Shown: positions 35,601 through 49,420, counted from the first letter of the whole stretch. The stretch is DNA of 61,504 nt, filler included, from Choristocarpus tenellus KU-1152 (GCA_964200185.2; 7 parts of 7 records of this genome joined end to end with filler, not necessarily neighbours in it); one strand, 5' to 3'. Made by a program: numbers and translations. The notes: generated by a model not told the origin, from the sequence alone.

Positions 35601-37905
35601 GTGAGTGAACCAGTCTCTTTTTTTTACAATCCAGAAGATAGAGGAAGTGAGATATACAACCCCAATACAAATTCACAAGTTAAGAATGGCATGTACTATA
35701 TACAGAGTATTTCGAAGTACTCTCTGAAGGATTCCACCTGGTCATGTGAGGAATCTGGGGAGACTTGTAAACCTGCCCCTGATCCAGCCCCCCACCATAT
35801 GCAGGATCAATATGAATGGATAGCTCGTTCTGTGTTGCATAAATTTTCAAAATCCGGGCATTTCCTTTTGATGATCATTTTAGGAGGGTGCTCTAGTGAT
35901 CTCTTCATTAGACATGCCAACTGGTGATTGTGAATTTTTTTTTTCCCTTTTCTAATCATCACACACGCAATGAGAATAACCATGCATACACATGCTGCAG
36001 AACACCTGATCCAGTTCTGATGCTTACAAACAGTCCCCATACGTCTCAGTTCAACAATTTAGAGTGAAACTGCTTCATCTATTGACTGGAAAATAGGAAT
36101 ATCTTGGTAGGAATTTGGAAGCCAACAAGACCAACAACCATGCAGGAAGGGCCAGAAGGAGGGGGGTGATTCTCTCTCATATTTATGTGTATATTATATG
36201 ATCTTGTACTTGGTTCAGGCAGAAGTGGAGAGGGCAGCTAGTACACAGAGCCAAACCAATTGAGATGTCGGCAGGGTTGCATTTTAAGAATCCCGAGATG
36301 GGGCAAAAATATTCAATTTTATAAAATTGCAGAAAGAGCCTCTGCTGAATTGTGGTGTCGCTTTGATTGTGGAAGGGGGGAACATCAATCTTGTGTACAC
36401 TATTGTTAACACAAAGCAATGGAAAATAATGTATTGCACATGATAAGAAAGGTAGATTAGGAGGAAAAAGGGTCCTAACTTGCCTACCTCTCAATCAGTT
36501 TGGCCCATACCAAGTTCTGTTCTTTACTTTATGAAAGTCTCGATGTCTGTTGGTGTACCATATACTATGCAATGATTCTCATTTGGCTGATGATCCTTGA
36601 ACAAGGAGTATCTTCCTCCAGCAAAGACTAGAACTCCAGTTTCACACTTGTACAGTACACTGACCAAAGTAGAATAATTGTTTTGATAGCACTATATTGA
36701 TGAAGTAGTAATTCTAACAGAAATAATAATCACAAGCTTTGGGGGGCTATGTGACATAAATTAGAACTAGCAGCAATACTTCCATCATTAGGATGAACTA
36801 TTTGTTGGATTGAGTCAAACCAACTGAGAGGTAGGCAGGGTTGCATTTTAAGGATCCCGAGGAAGGGCAAAAATACGCCATGTTGTACAATTGCGGAAAG
36901 AGCCTTTGTTAAATTGTGGTGTCACTTTGTGTGTGGAAAGGGGGAATCAATTTTGCATACACATTGTGCACATAGAGCAATGAAATAGGGTGTATTGCAC
37001 AGGATAATAAACATCTAAAAATAAGATGGCTTGGAATGCAAAAGGGTCCAAACCTGCATGCCCCTCAGTATATTTGACTCAAATGGGATTAAATGGGACA
37101 GTTAGTATGCATTACCCCCCTCAAAAACCATGAAAAATTCCAAAAGATATTAAGTCTGTGTATACATGTATATCAGTACCACGCTATTAATCGTAATAGG
37201 TTTAAGCTTAGGCTTAGGATTAGTTTTTGTTACGTTTATGTTTAAGTTCATATTTATGTTTAGGATCAGTGTTAGGGTTAGTTGCAGGTGAGGTCATTAT
37301 TTTGTTATTTCTCAGCAATGCAATGACAAGGTAACCAATCAAACCATCTCCACACTTCAGAGGGTTACTCCTCATTTTTTACTTACAAGAATCAGGACTG
37401 TTGTAGTATGCTTCGTAAATAATATGAACTCCTCCGCTCCCATGGATGTCCTTGCCAAGTGCTTTGAGCTCACCCACTCAAAAACAGCCCAAAGTAAACT
37501 TCAGCATTGACCACCAGTCTTGCCCTAGGTGAAGAGTCACCCTTCAAGTTCCCTCCACTAAATACGTTTTACACACCAAACGAGTCCAACATAGTCCACT
37601 CTCTGAGTCTCCCAACAACTATCCAAATGCCTAAATGAGGAAGCCTCCATCTTCTTCACACCATATGCCCTTCGCAGGTAACCCAGTCAGCCACCATGGA
37701 CAGTGTGGGGGCAGGCTCACTCCCAACCCGCCTCAGCGTACAACCTCCTGGACGGGATGACTTCAGCTCTGGTGAGGACTCGGATCAGGAGGATGATGAA
37801 AGGCCGCTCACTCGAGAGGAGCTGAAGCGGAAGACTTTGAGAGGAGGGGGCAAGCCCAAGGACTGCAAGGTACACAAACGTATGTGCATGTCATTCTTAT
37901 TTTAG
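32686..37905 (+). CDS. ODA1: Outer dynein arm docking complex subunit DC2 (ODA1/CCDC114/ODAD1-like), C-terminal exons only
   Basis: Exons 32686-32821, 33428-33522, 35444-35600 and 37678-(37869 donor or 37905 stop) are phase-consistent. The product is coiled-coil with INQLKAGIHSIFSRIG, LGNQGVTESNMMQYLGIIEQRTSEIL and an acidic tail EDDERPLTREELK, recognised as DC2-family motifs. The 5' exons are not on this contig. Confidence 0.85.
32843..33075. mobile_element. MITE family D (TIR GAGAGGTAGGYAGG), intronic
   Basis: GAGAGGTAGGTAGG...CCTACTGCCTCTC; reverse-complement homolog of 36262-36492 and 36826-37066. Confidence 0.7.
35120..35383. mobile_element. MITE family C, intronic
   Basis: AACCTATAGTATCCTAGAG...CTCTAGGGTACTATGAACC; internal sequence homologous to 49421-49656. 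Confidence 0.7.
36262..36492. mobile_element. MITE family D
   Basis: GAGATGTCGGCAGG...TTGCCTACCTCTC; flanks aatt/aatc. Confidence 0.7.
36826..37066. mobile_element. MITE family D
   Basis: GAGAGGTAGGCAGG...CCTGCATGCCCCTC. Confidence 0.7.
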
Positions 37906-40447
37906 ATGTTGAGGTATATTCTGTTCCTTTGCTCACCCGCCAGTTGCTGTTAACAGTGTTGTCTTTTACAAACCGGAGGAAGGAGTTGGGGACGAGATAT
38001 TGCTTGTGGTCACGATAGTACATTGAGGTTTTGTCAATTTGAAACTATTATCTCAATAGTAAGATTTGAGGTGATACAATAATCTGAGTTGAGTAGTATT
38101 TCTACATCCACAAAGATATATTTTTTAATAGGATACAGCAGACCTCGAAGCCAAGAAATAGTGTGAAACATCCGAACCCCATCCTGCAGCAAACACTCCT
38201 AATGTTCTGCTATCTCTGTGTACCATGTAGTGATTAAATATCCCAATGAAACCGAACTTCTCGCTCTGTCAGGTGCCCACAACTTGCCATAGTAAGCACC
38301 TACACCTAATCGCCGACATTGGACATCCTTCTTGCCTCCCCCCCCCTGCCAACTACGGGATTTCAGGCCAGAACGAAGCAGTACTTCCCACGAACATAAC
38401 CTGCAAGGTGCCTATCAGACACAAAACTAGACAGTATTCTCCAGCCTGGTGGTGGTGGTGGTGGTGGTTTTCTGATCCTATCTTTCCAACCTCTTCACGC
38501 CGCACTCTATCTTGGTTGAAGCTGGGCATGTTGGGGTGGATGCCAGTCGACAAGGGGAGAGCAGTTGAACGCCGTAATATACACATATGACACATAAACG
38601 TATGGATGTACAATCTGCAGGTTGAACCGCCTAAGCCAATATATATATATATATATATACATATACATACATTGTTGCAAAGAGTGGAAGGAACGACTTG
38701 TCTACTACACAGCATACACAACAAAAGATGGTATGGGGATAAAAACAGGACCGCTGTCACCTACACTTCAAAGATCTCTTGATCGTTGGGAGATAGAGAA
38801 AGTTCAGAGCACTGATGGGCTTCACTATTCTAACAAAAACCAAAGAAAATGATTGGTCCAACTCCTACATCATATTGTACAAAACTCTCTCTGGTTGGCA
38901 TCTCCTCCCTACCAGGATGCCAAAATGCACTTCACCCTTACAAACACATTCTATGATGCCCTTTCTGAAGCCCCGTTTGCGACACTCGTCTTTTGTCTGA
39001 ACTTCATATGACATTGGTGAGTCAAAGTAAACGAGAGGTAGCCAAAGTTGCAGTTTTTAAGAAAGCTGACATGTGCAAAGTCTGGTTTTTTTTTTAATGC
39101 AAATAGGAGATTTTCTTAATTATGTCGAAAAGATTCAGACAATTCAGAAATCAACGGTCACAAGTCAAACTTAGCACTTCATCCATATAAATGAGTGAAT
39201 TGCTAAAGATTGAAAAAACTGACTTAAAATGGGAACTGTTCAAAATCTGGGTACCTTTAGTTTATTTTATTTTGTCCCGTGCTCTTAAGACTAAAACTCA
39301 CCGTTGGCACCACCTTCCATCATCATGCAACAGTAGTGCATTGCATTATTTCTAGTGCAGCAAGGTCCCTGCAGTACATACTTGCTAGACATTGAAAGTG
39401 CATGCATGCAACTGTGTTCCCAGGAAAGCTACACACTGCGCAGAAGTAAATAGAGCCAGCTCAGCATCAAATAAAAATATTGCTACCACGTCATACTCAT
39501 AAGCAGTACAAAAAAAAGAGAGTACTGTTCTGGATTAACCGTTACTTCCAGTGCTAACAGAAAAGTGTGCGAACACTCTGAACATTTTCTCAGGTGCAAG
39601 TGCCTTCACTTGCCTGCTTTTCGCACCCTTCGCACTAAACTAGATGGGACTGTCAGGAAGATGAAGGTAAATACACCAATGTGCGGAGACAACAAACAGA
39701 ATGAAGCAATCGCTGTAGCATTGCATCATGCTCAACTTCAGTACGTACTTCAAGCCACAGTCGTACATAAGCTCTGGAAAATAATCACCTCTTCAGTCGC
39801 ACTGCACTTCATATCACGCCCTGCCCCAGCCTAAGCACCCCCAGTTTAAAACTCGGCTTTACAAGTAGAGCTCTATTAGATTTCTTTTAAGATGTTGGTT
39901 ATTGGTATGATGCTTTCTGCCCAACCTCAAAGTAGCCCCTCTCACCAAAGTAAAAAGGCAAGGTCACACGTTCCTTGGAACATTAAGGCTTGCAGTTGAT
40001 AAATTGACTGTTACACCCTGTGGAGATGTGATGCCATGCTGGCAATTCTTACCTTACCTTGCTGCCTTGACATACAGCACACAGCACAATGCGATCAGGT
40101 ACACAATAAAACCTTAAGCCAACAAAACACCCACAGACCTCCTCAAGGACACAAGGGGTCCAGTCCATAGCTACCTATACATCCCCTATCCTTCACACAC
40201 TGCAAATCCTTCGGTCTCTCAGTAGGCAAGCCTGGGGACAAAATGAAGGTCATCGTTCGTCCCGACCCGTCAATCATATTTTCACCCTTTTGAAACACTG
40301 CACTAATACCACAAGCCTAACACTAGTCCCAATCAGACACAGAAGAAACATGTATGTGGCGTGATTCATGACAAAAGTGGGAGATAGTGATCTGCTTGAA
40401 CTCCAGAATGAACCAACAGCAGATATCCAACCCTAATTTCTCCTTAT

Positions 40448-43400
40448 CTAGGACTGCTTGAGCAGGCCTTCCAATGAGTCAACAGCTTCTTCAGTCAGCA
40501 CCAGCGAGGTCCTCTGAATGACCTCGTACACATTGGCACACTATCAGTCAATTAACAAGGGGGGCAAGGGGGTGAAGGATGGATGGGTAGTGTTTTGATC
40601 AAGCCTTGAAGGGGTTGCACAAGCATACCTCACACACAATATTTTCCAACGTTCACAACATAAGTAGCCTCTCTTTGCAACTTTGGTCTCGCGCACCTGT
40701 GCTGGCCCTCACCAGAACTTGTTCCTGCCCTGCTGAGTGAGTGAAACTATCTTAGAGGGTACGAGCTTTTTCCTGTTTGTCCATTTGGGGCTTAACTGCC
40801 CACATGTTTTTTTATGACATTTTTACCTACTCCAGGATATTTTGGAGTAGGTAAAATGTGTATGATATGAAAAGGAGTGTCCAGAACAAGGATATCGACA
40901 TCTCCTAACAAACATGATAGCCAAGATTACATCAGAATTGCAACATTGGATTTTGGCCCCCAAATGGACGCAGCTCTACCCCCTAAGATACTTTGTCTCA
41001 GTCTTGTCCCCAACGCTAGCACAACTGCTATCCCTTACTCAACTTACATACGCAGCACTCTACCGGTAAACATCTTGAGTCTGAGGAAAAAAAAGAAGTT
41101 AAAATCGACTGTTAAAATCAACTGTAAATACGATAAAAAAAAGGAAGGAGAAAGGACATCACATTTTCACAAAAATAGTTCACCCTGCATGTAAAATCCA
41201 TTTTACTGTCAATGGTCTTCTTTCCCCACACAGTAGTCTCATAGAGATACTGTGATACCTTTCCACCAATCACAACACGTTGTTCTTAATTTTCTCACTA
41301 TTACTATTTAATCTGCAATATACACCACCATCGATTATACCTAAAATATAATACCAAACATCAGACAAATCATGGTTTAACTCATCTGTGCTTCACAAAT
41401 CAGTAGGCAAAAATATATGCATAACATTTGCACATGAAGATTGAAGGAGCTAATTTTAACACGTACAAATCATTTCTACCAAGAACTCTTTTACCACAAG
41501 TTACGTACCGAGCACAGCTCGATGTTGAGGAATGATCTACAAATCCCGATTTGTCAATAAACCCCCTTTTTGTCACCATGTACACACAACTATGTACCGC
41601 TGATCTGTCCCTACCCCATCTTGATATACAAATCTTACACTGGGATTTAACAGCAACGGATTGGTAAAACTCTTAGTTTAATACTACTACCGCAATTATG
41701 TTCAGTCAGTACCTAGTTCCCAGAAAAAAAACAAAATATACCCATTGACCCTATCATAGCTCAATGTAAACACCAATCTCACCCGCACAGGGATAACCCT
41801 GAAGCCCACCACATTAGAAGTAGAGCGATAAAACTCTGGCTCAGGCGTATCCCCCACAATGAAAGTCACAGTTTCCTCTCCTTTGTTGTCTACAACTCCC
41901 TTCTCCTTGAGGGCCTGTAGCGTGGCCGATGTGCTGTAGCTGTCGCGAGTGAGTTTGTCCACAACAGTTAGCTTGCCCTCCAGCAGTCGAGCTGAAAGAG
42001 CCACCTTGGGTGAGGGCATGAATGGAATGAGGCATGGGTGGAAGAGTCAGGGTGAACAGGCAGCCAGAAGCCTAGAGTTTTGTTTGATGCATCATGGTGC
42101 GTCTCTCACATCCTTCCATCCCTGTGCAAGTCAAAAACGATTTGCACTGGTGTGCTAAGGAAACTGCACAGTTCGTCATGAAATTGGGATATTAGTGTGC
42201 CATCAAGACACAACTCTGTGCAAGACTCGTCCCTCAATGGAATGGTTTACATCTCAATATCTCGACTACAACAGACAGAGGCTTAGGTACTACTTGAATC
42301 CTAATCCGTGGACAACCACCTAACATTTTGTAGTCTCTGCATAGCACTACAGTGTGTTGCGGGCGTTGTAAGGACAGCACATTGAATATTGCTCTCCTAT
42401 GCGGGTAGGGTAGGAATGCCTATAATACTCTGAACACTCAGGTCATGCAAATCGTTCTATTAACTCTGCATCTAGTCAAAAAAATACTCTTCACACACGC
42501 CAAGATTCCAATGTTAAGGGGCACATGTAAAAATGATATTATTACAGATGTTGTGAACATGCTGCACTCTCTACCTTAAGTATACAAATTGGCTTTTCTT
42601 GAACCCATTTGAAGGGTTAGGGTAACACTAAATCTTGGTCCAGTCACAATCATATCTCTCACCAACCAGTGCCATGCGTAGACTCTGCGCCAAGAATGTG
42701 AGATTTCTAAAGCCTTGTGGAGGCGATGCACCTATCATATTTTACATTTATCTCTTCCACAAAGGCAGAGTTCCCCTATATTCTAGCTCTGTATACCTGT
42801 GGGTAACCTTGTTGATTTAAGTTCCCTAGCCATCAGTCGAAACTTCTGCGTTCTTGTTTACCAATGCCACGACTGACTTCCATAGCAATCAACATCAAAC
42901 AATACATATGTCTCCTCTAAACCTCTACTTTTCTGGATTGAAAGCTATCTGTTGAAAAAGATCATCTTCACAAAAAATGCCCTTAATCGACGCACCATGA
43001 CGTCCACAGAGCAACCAAGACCCTATCGCTTTGCAGCAATTCCCAGCTGTCTGCTCTCAACACCATTTAAAAATAAGGTGCACAAGCAAGAGAAGCAAAC
43101 TAGACTGCCCAACAATGAAAATGAGTTGCAGCAGGTTGGACTGTACTTGGTGAAGTAGAGACTTACCCTGAGGCCCATTCGGCGCACTTTCTTGTTCAAC
43201 TTGAAAGACCAGTCCCTTTTCCTGGGGCCATGTGGTTTGTAGCCCCCCCTCCAGTGTGGAGGCCGACTGTGCCCTGCCCGGGCCCTTCCCATGCCCTTCT
43301 GTGGTCGCACCTTCTTCCCTGACCCACTGATCTCTGCCACCCGTTTGGTCTGATTGCAAATAGACCGTGGAGGAGCATACTGACGGGTAAGGAATACTAA

Positions 43401-44874
43401 CACACAGACCAGAACCACAGAGATAATGCTATCCTACACTCAGAGATAAAGACTGAGTTACCATTTAAAAATGATGAATATACACACACACACACAACGG
43501 ATGCAATATTTTACTGTGTTGCCTAACAGGAAGATGTACTTGGTCAAAAAGCTGACTGGCTCTAGAAGGTCCTCAAAGTACTGCAAAGAGCAAATGGACG
43601 ACAGAAAGACAACCAGGTCTTGAGAAGGTGGGGATTTGAGTCAAACTCGTATTTTGTGGTGGATTGATCGAGGGGCATGTAAGTTGTAACATATGCATCG
43701 AATTATAATGGGTCTAACAATTGCCAGTGGTTGAACCCTCTCCAAACCTTGAGTCATGTGCTTACCACTGCATTGCCTGCCCTGCGTTTGGCAAGCTGCC
43801 AGCGGATCACATCATGGACCACATCCCGCCTAATGGGGACCCCAAACACGTCCTTGTTAAGTACCCTCGTTCGTGACATACCCTCCTCAGTCCACGCAAT
43901 AACGGGAACCTCCATTGAAGTTGTATTAACCCCAGTGTAAGGGGGTAGTGTCAGGGTTGCATTAGTTTCTAGAGTGCCCTCCGAGAGATCCCTTACGGAT
44001 TCACTCACAGGGTCAGTGCCCTCTGGATCAGTAAGATCTGCTCATGGCAGAAGAGATGTTGGATAGTGAGGAAACAAATAGACAAGAGTGGGTTTCTAGA
44101 GAGGCCATAATTGGAGATAATGCTGGGCAAGACCTTCTTTTAATAATGATGATGGGTAGGAGTAGCCTCACTCGCACCAGACTACTGATGCGATCTGGAC
44201 GAGCGGGATTTCCTGGAAAAGGGTCTGCGTCCTGTCTGAGGTATTGGCATCCATATCGAGTCGACTAGTGTAGGGTCCTGTGATTTGCTAGTCCCACCTA
44301 CCCATGTGCTGCTGGCATTAGTAAGATGAAGTCTAGGCACTGGCATACTAGTGCGGGCGCCGTACACCAAGGATGAAAAATGGTGTTGATGCTAGATTAG
44401 TACCCCAACTCCCATGACAGAATATGTTTTGCATTTCAATTACGATCAAAACCTACATCCACAAGGGTGATGGGTAGGAAAAAATCAACAGAGGTTGCTG
44501 GTGTGTTTCTTACCTGCTTTTCCATTTTCGTCCCACATTGCCTCCTCCGCCAGCTTCAGATTCGGAGGCAATTTCACCACCCCCATCGGTGACACAGGCA
44601 AGGAAGACTCCTCTGCCGGTTGTCCCTTGGGCCATCGCTTGCCTGTACGACTTCCTTTGACTCCAGTGGAGGATATGGGGTTTGTTCCAGTGCTTAACAT
44701 GGCGCGGAGCGACATGTAGGCGTTGTCTTTGACCAAGTAACCTGTGGAGCACCTCTCTCCTAACAATGCGGCATCTAACGCTCGCGATGTCCTCTTTCCA
44801 AGTATAGCCCCACTTCTTTCCATTCGAAGACGACTCAATGCATTTAACACCGAGTGAGATAGTCGACCTAGCAT
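40448..44874 (-). CDS. MRPL4: Mitochondrial large-subunit ribosomal protein uL4m, 5 exons
   Basis: Exons 44874-44514, 44037-43766, 43349-43167, 42004-41783 and 40540-40448(TAG), all GT-AG and in phase. The L4 signature is present: VFGVPIRRDVVHDVIRWQLAKRRAG..TKRVAEISGSGKKVRPQKGMGRARAGH.RPPHWRGG..PHGP..RDWSFKLNKKVRRMGLR|VALS. The Arg/Ser/Leu-rich N-terminus resembles a mitochondrial presequence. Confidence 0.93.
40739..40999. mobile_element. MITE family A, in the last MRPL4 intron
   Basis: GAGTGAAACTATCTTAGAGGGT...CCCTAAGATACTTTGTCTC; TSD agt/agt. Confidence 0.9.
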
Positions 44875-45499
44875 GGTCTGCTGTTTCGGGGTTTCCCGTC
44901 CTAACCCTTACTTCTCTTAAGGTCTGTTTACCCTCTCTATTCAATCCTTTCGTGATTTCTCCTCCACTTGTACGAATTTGGGGGAGTTTCGCTTAGATCT
45001 ATATATATTGTATACTATTCCTACAGTGGCGAAGGAGTACCACCTCGCGCAAAGCGCGAAATGCGTCTTGGAGTGGCCCCCAAACAGGAACAAGCTCTTC
45101 AAGAGACTGGTGTGTTAGTGGGTATGATGTGGGGAGGTTCATCTGATGGCCTTCCTCCTTTAGTGAAACCCTAACCACACAACAATTTATACTATATTCA
45201 GAACAGTCAAGATATTATGAGTAAACTCTGAAAAAAACTACACTTAAACGTGTAGAATGCCGGTCGGCCATCTATAGTTTTGTTTCATCTCAACGTCACG
45301 ATGGGAGTACTCAGTGAAATGAATTACGCCCACACACAGATGAAATATAATTCTTCATTAAATCATCACCATAAAGTTACGGTAAGGGGTTGAAACATAA
45401 GCCCCTACTCCACGGAACAGGTATTTATTAAGCTTGGGCATCATCTCAACAACCTTAATGTCCCCCATATGGAACACATGAGTTGGTCAAGTAGACCAT

Positions 45500-46000
45500 C
45501 CCCTAGCATGGAAAACTTGTAGCATATCCTGTGGAAAAGATGGGCAAGCAGTGCAACGTGCGGCATCACAAGGGGTAAGACCAATTGTTCTGACTTCGGT
45601 CAAGAGTTGGCAGGGCCATCTTCTTCCAGAATTGGAGGAGGTTGTGAAGCAATTAAGATTCAAATCCTCCTATGCGCCAAGGTACTCCTCCAGCTCCTTT
45701 ATTACAAGTTGGGATGGTCAAGAATCTCCCCCCACAAAGATGTAGCACTTATTGTTTCTCTGTCCCCCATTCCCAGCATCCGCAAAACTCTGCTCACATT
45801 CCGTCCGTTTGCCATTCTTGACAACCAAGACGGCACACCTCATGTTTTCGTGAATTCCTTGGGGAAATTGAACTTTTGGTGAAAATCCAAACCACTGATC
45901 TCAAACAAGACTCTCTCATCTTATTGGCGAGTCCATTAATAGTCACCATCACCATACTGTTCTTCGAACAAAGTAAACAACTCAAAATATAGGTCTCTCT
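45500..46000 (-). mobile_element. Decayed Ty1/copia RT fragment
   Basis: Frameshifted VVWIFTK, CRLGCQE (~ARLVxxG), EQSFA (~ETFAP) and LLTEVRTIGLTPCDAARC (~L..IGF....DPC). Confidence 0.45.
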
Positions 46001-46784
46001 GAGCCTACTACTGCTGTGCTGCCAATCTTAGAAGACCCTGCCCCCTGAATGTCCACTGGGGCATCTGCAGCTGAGGACTCATCCCCTGACAAAGAGCCAA
46101 CCTATTCATTATCTTCGATCCCCGTTTCCTCAGTCCTCAATACACATCGCTTTTCCTCTTCCATTTTGCAGTCCGTCGCAATATGGGAACGACATTGATC
46201 CTTCTTGCTAACTTTCTAACTGTACAGCATAGTTTTGTTGTTCACCATACTACTGTCTGTTTTGATGGTGATGGTATCATTGTATGATGAGTAGTATCTA
46301 CAATCATAAACCCCACAACACCTCAGACAAACAGATATAAAAAAGTGTGAAGCAAAATAATACAGTTGGTGACTCCTTTTTAGGCAGCCCTAAATATTGC
46401 GAGTCAGTCAAAAAGGTGACCCTTTAATGGGTTTGGCACATTTTGAAATTCGTGTCATAAGGCGTGTTTTTGGTCATATTGAACAGATACGCCTTGAAGT
46501 GGGTGGACATGCCTGTGAAGGGTGGTTAGAATCCTGTTTGTGGCCACATGGTAACCTTCCACAAGGTACCTTTTCTATACTTTGGCCATACTGCGCACAG
46601 CAAAACGCTGCTGTCTCGTTCCTACCATCACGCCCACACTATTAAACTTTACTGGGGATAAAACGGCCGTTTAGACACCCCCAACGTGCATGGAATTTGT
46701 AGCATTGTGGATCTGGATGGCCACGATGAGGTGAAGAGGTTGTACTTCGATTGTCACACATCCGGAAAGTATATGCCCTCTTAA

Positions 46785-47535
46785 CATTTTACAGACGTTT
46801 CAGGGGGAAAACCAATGAAAAACTATTCCCATGTCAAAAAAATCCCTAAAGAAGTAAAAATTGTCACAAATGTGAAAAACACGTCTCTATTTTGATATTT
46901 CACTACTATATATGTTGTACCACTGCCTGCCTGTGCCATATATGTATATGTGCATGTCTATATTATTTTACCCTCTGACATTTTGGAAATGCGTCAGGGG
47001 AAAAATCAAGGAAAAACTATTCATATGTCAGAAAAATCCCCAAAGAAGTAAAATCTGTCACAGATGTGAAAAGTACTAATCTATTAAGCTTTTCCTGCAC
47101 CCCAGGGTGAGGAGGTAGGGAAGCATCCCAAGAATCCAACAAACCCCTCCTTGCCCATCTCCCTGGTGACTCCAGCTTAGAACGCATGACACGTCTAGAC
47201 AGTGCCCCCTGCGTTGTTACCGAGAATGTTTGACGTAGGCGGGATTTGACTGGCCCTTTACTACCATAACTTCCAGTTCCTCTCCCCCCTACTGTGTGTG
47301 GGGATACATATATATATATATTTATTATGATGCTCTCTGACATTTTCCAGATGTGTTAGGGGGGAAACTAATGAGAACTATTCACATGTCAGTATAAGCC
47401 TTAAAGATAGCCCTAAAGATACCAGTAATTAGTACGTTAGGATATGGTTGAGATTACCGATATGATTTTTGTCTGTTGATGCACCCACTACGAGGGCTCC
47501 TTTGATCCTCCACGTAGTTATAACCTCAACACCTG
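46785..47535 (-). mobile_element. Array of CRE-like element 3' ends
   Basis: 3' UTR copies at ~46785-46940, ~46975-47095 (plus ORF end 47095-47295, KSRLRQ..SVTTQ.ALSRRVMR) and ~47335-47405, separated by TA-rich linkers. An inverted ORF scrap (THYEGSFD..SYNLNT) lies at ~47485-47535. Confidence 0.75.
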
Positions 47536-47565
47536 GGGTCAAAGTATCTTGGGTGGGGATACATA
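47536..47565. mobile_element. MITE family B-type left end at the contig edge
   Basis: GGGTCAAAGTATCTTGGGTGGGG. Confidence 0.6.
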
Positions 47566-48515
47566 NNNNNNNNNNNNNNNNNNNNNNNNNNNNNNNNNNN
47601 NNNNNNNNNTTAATTAATTAANNNNNNNNNNNNNNNNNNNNNNNNNNNNNNNNNNNNNNNNNNNNGGGGGACATACACTAGTAGAAAATTAGATCCAATC
47701 AATGCACGCTAGAGTCCTTCTTAGATCGAAGAAGGGCCCTTAAAGGAAAGACGCTTCATTTTAATGGTCGGTCGGTTGGGTATATTTTCTGTCCCTCAGT
47801 TGAGAAAGGGGTAAATGTATAGAGTTGTACAGACATACAAGGGCAATCTCACCTCTCTTCATCCATGGCACAGCAAACTGCGTAAACACTCCAGACCCAG
47901 GGGGAATCCTTTTCGTTTTCCTGGATGGAAGGATGATTCCTCGCCTGTTCGTCATATCTCATCCCTCTCCAGCATCCTCGGCAGGGCATTACACCTGGCA
48001 AAAGAGCAATTCCTTCCCTTTGCTTTGGTCTGCCCTTCAGCCCATTGTCATAAGAGAGTCATGCTCCTTGCATACCTATAATATAACTCTCTGGTGCTCT
48101 ACCCCTGTTGCTCATGCAACACCAATCCGGGATATTTTTGTCCCATTGCTTGTCCTCACCGCCTTCCACCAAAACAATACTTTCAATTTTATACTGCTCA
48201 CACGGTAGTGGCAGAGTGCATAAAGCATTTACTTGACCATTGCTGTGCCCGTACCCACCTCTGCCAACAACACAAACAAGATCTTTGTATAACAACTGGG
48301 GTCCTGACGACGGTTTGCGGAAGGAAGGGGAGAGAAGATATTGGGTCTGTTACGAATCAATCCTAAGGAGTTCATTTGACCCTTTCCCTTGAAACTTATC
48401 AGAGAGTCTACAAAAGGTTCTTTAGCGGATGCAGTAGAGCAATAAACGCTACTGTATGCAAATGTGAATGATAGTGGTCATGCTTTCAAAGTGCCACAAG
48501 ACACTACACTTGAGT

Positions 48516-48672
48516 GACCCAAAGTATCTGGGTGTCCATTTGGGTCAAAATCAGGAAAAGTGCATTTACATTATGCATCCGAGGTATGCAACCAAATCAC
48601 CCAACAATTGCGATATGAAAAAATTGACCCCAAATGGACAGCTGCCAACCCCCCCCCCAGATACTTTGAGCC
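48516..48672. mobile_element. MITE family B (internally deleted, 157 bp)
   Basis: GACCCAAAGTATCTGG...CCAGATACTTTGAGCC; TSD agt/agt. Confidence 0.85.
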
Positions 48673-49420
48673 AGTACCATCTTAAGCAGGAATTTTTCCT
48701 GCACTTTCAGGTACCTGTCTAGAAAGATGTTCCGTTACCCTTTCAATTCCTCTCTCCATGCCTTGAATAGATGCATAAACACAGTACTCTTCAACCTCAC
48801 GTCTGGCGAAGACAAATATAGACGAAAAGTAAGGATTCTTAAGGAATAGTATTGTGTGCTTGCATTATGTACTATTTTCATTAGCAAGTGTGTCTCGGTG
48901 CCATCTGCAGAAGCAACTTTGTAGCAAGCAGGAACCGCACCAATAAATATCTCAAGAACAAGGTGAACTTATCTTCAATAGGGTCACAGCTACTGGGAGT
49001 TTCGTAGAGCCCAATCCCTACAGAATGCAGTGGTGCTCGAGAAAAAAATAACATAGCTTTTCCAACAACGTGAAGATCGCTATTATCTCCTCACAACTCC
49101 AGATCTTCTGAGTACAAAGGAGAATAGTACACTGTACAACCCGAAACTACTTACCATTCATTGACCAACTAATTGTAGCCACTCCACCTCAGGTGGGTTC
49201 TTCCCTTTCCCAGATTCCCCTCCTCCCTTGAGTCCTTGCCCTTGACGCAAAAGTACCTCGGGTCACTGTCGCCTTACGTTTCTAAACACGAACTTTGAAA
49301 AAGATTGAAGTTCATGAGAGAAGGGAAGGATCTACCCGAAGTTCACTGGAGGTCACTAGCTTTGATAGACAAATAATAGATCTTGACATTCAGCCAGAAG
49401 TACCTACAAACTGGATAACA

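Noticed and set aside
38353-38760. ORFs with HHHHHH or WWWWWWW runs
   Set aside because: Translations of a (GGT)n microsatellite and a (TA)n run.
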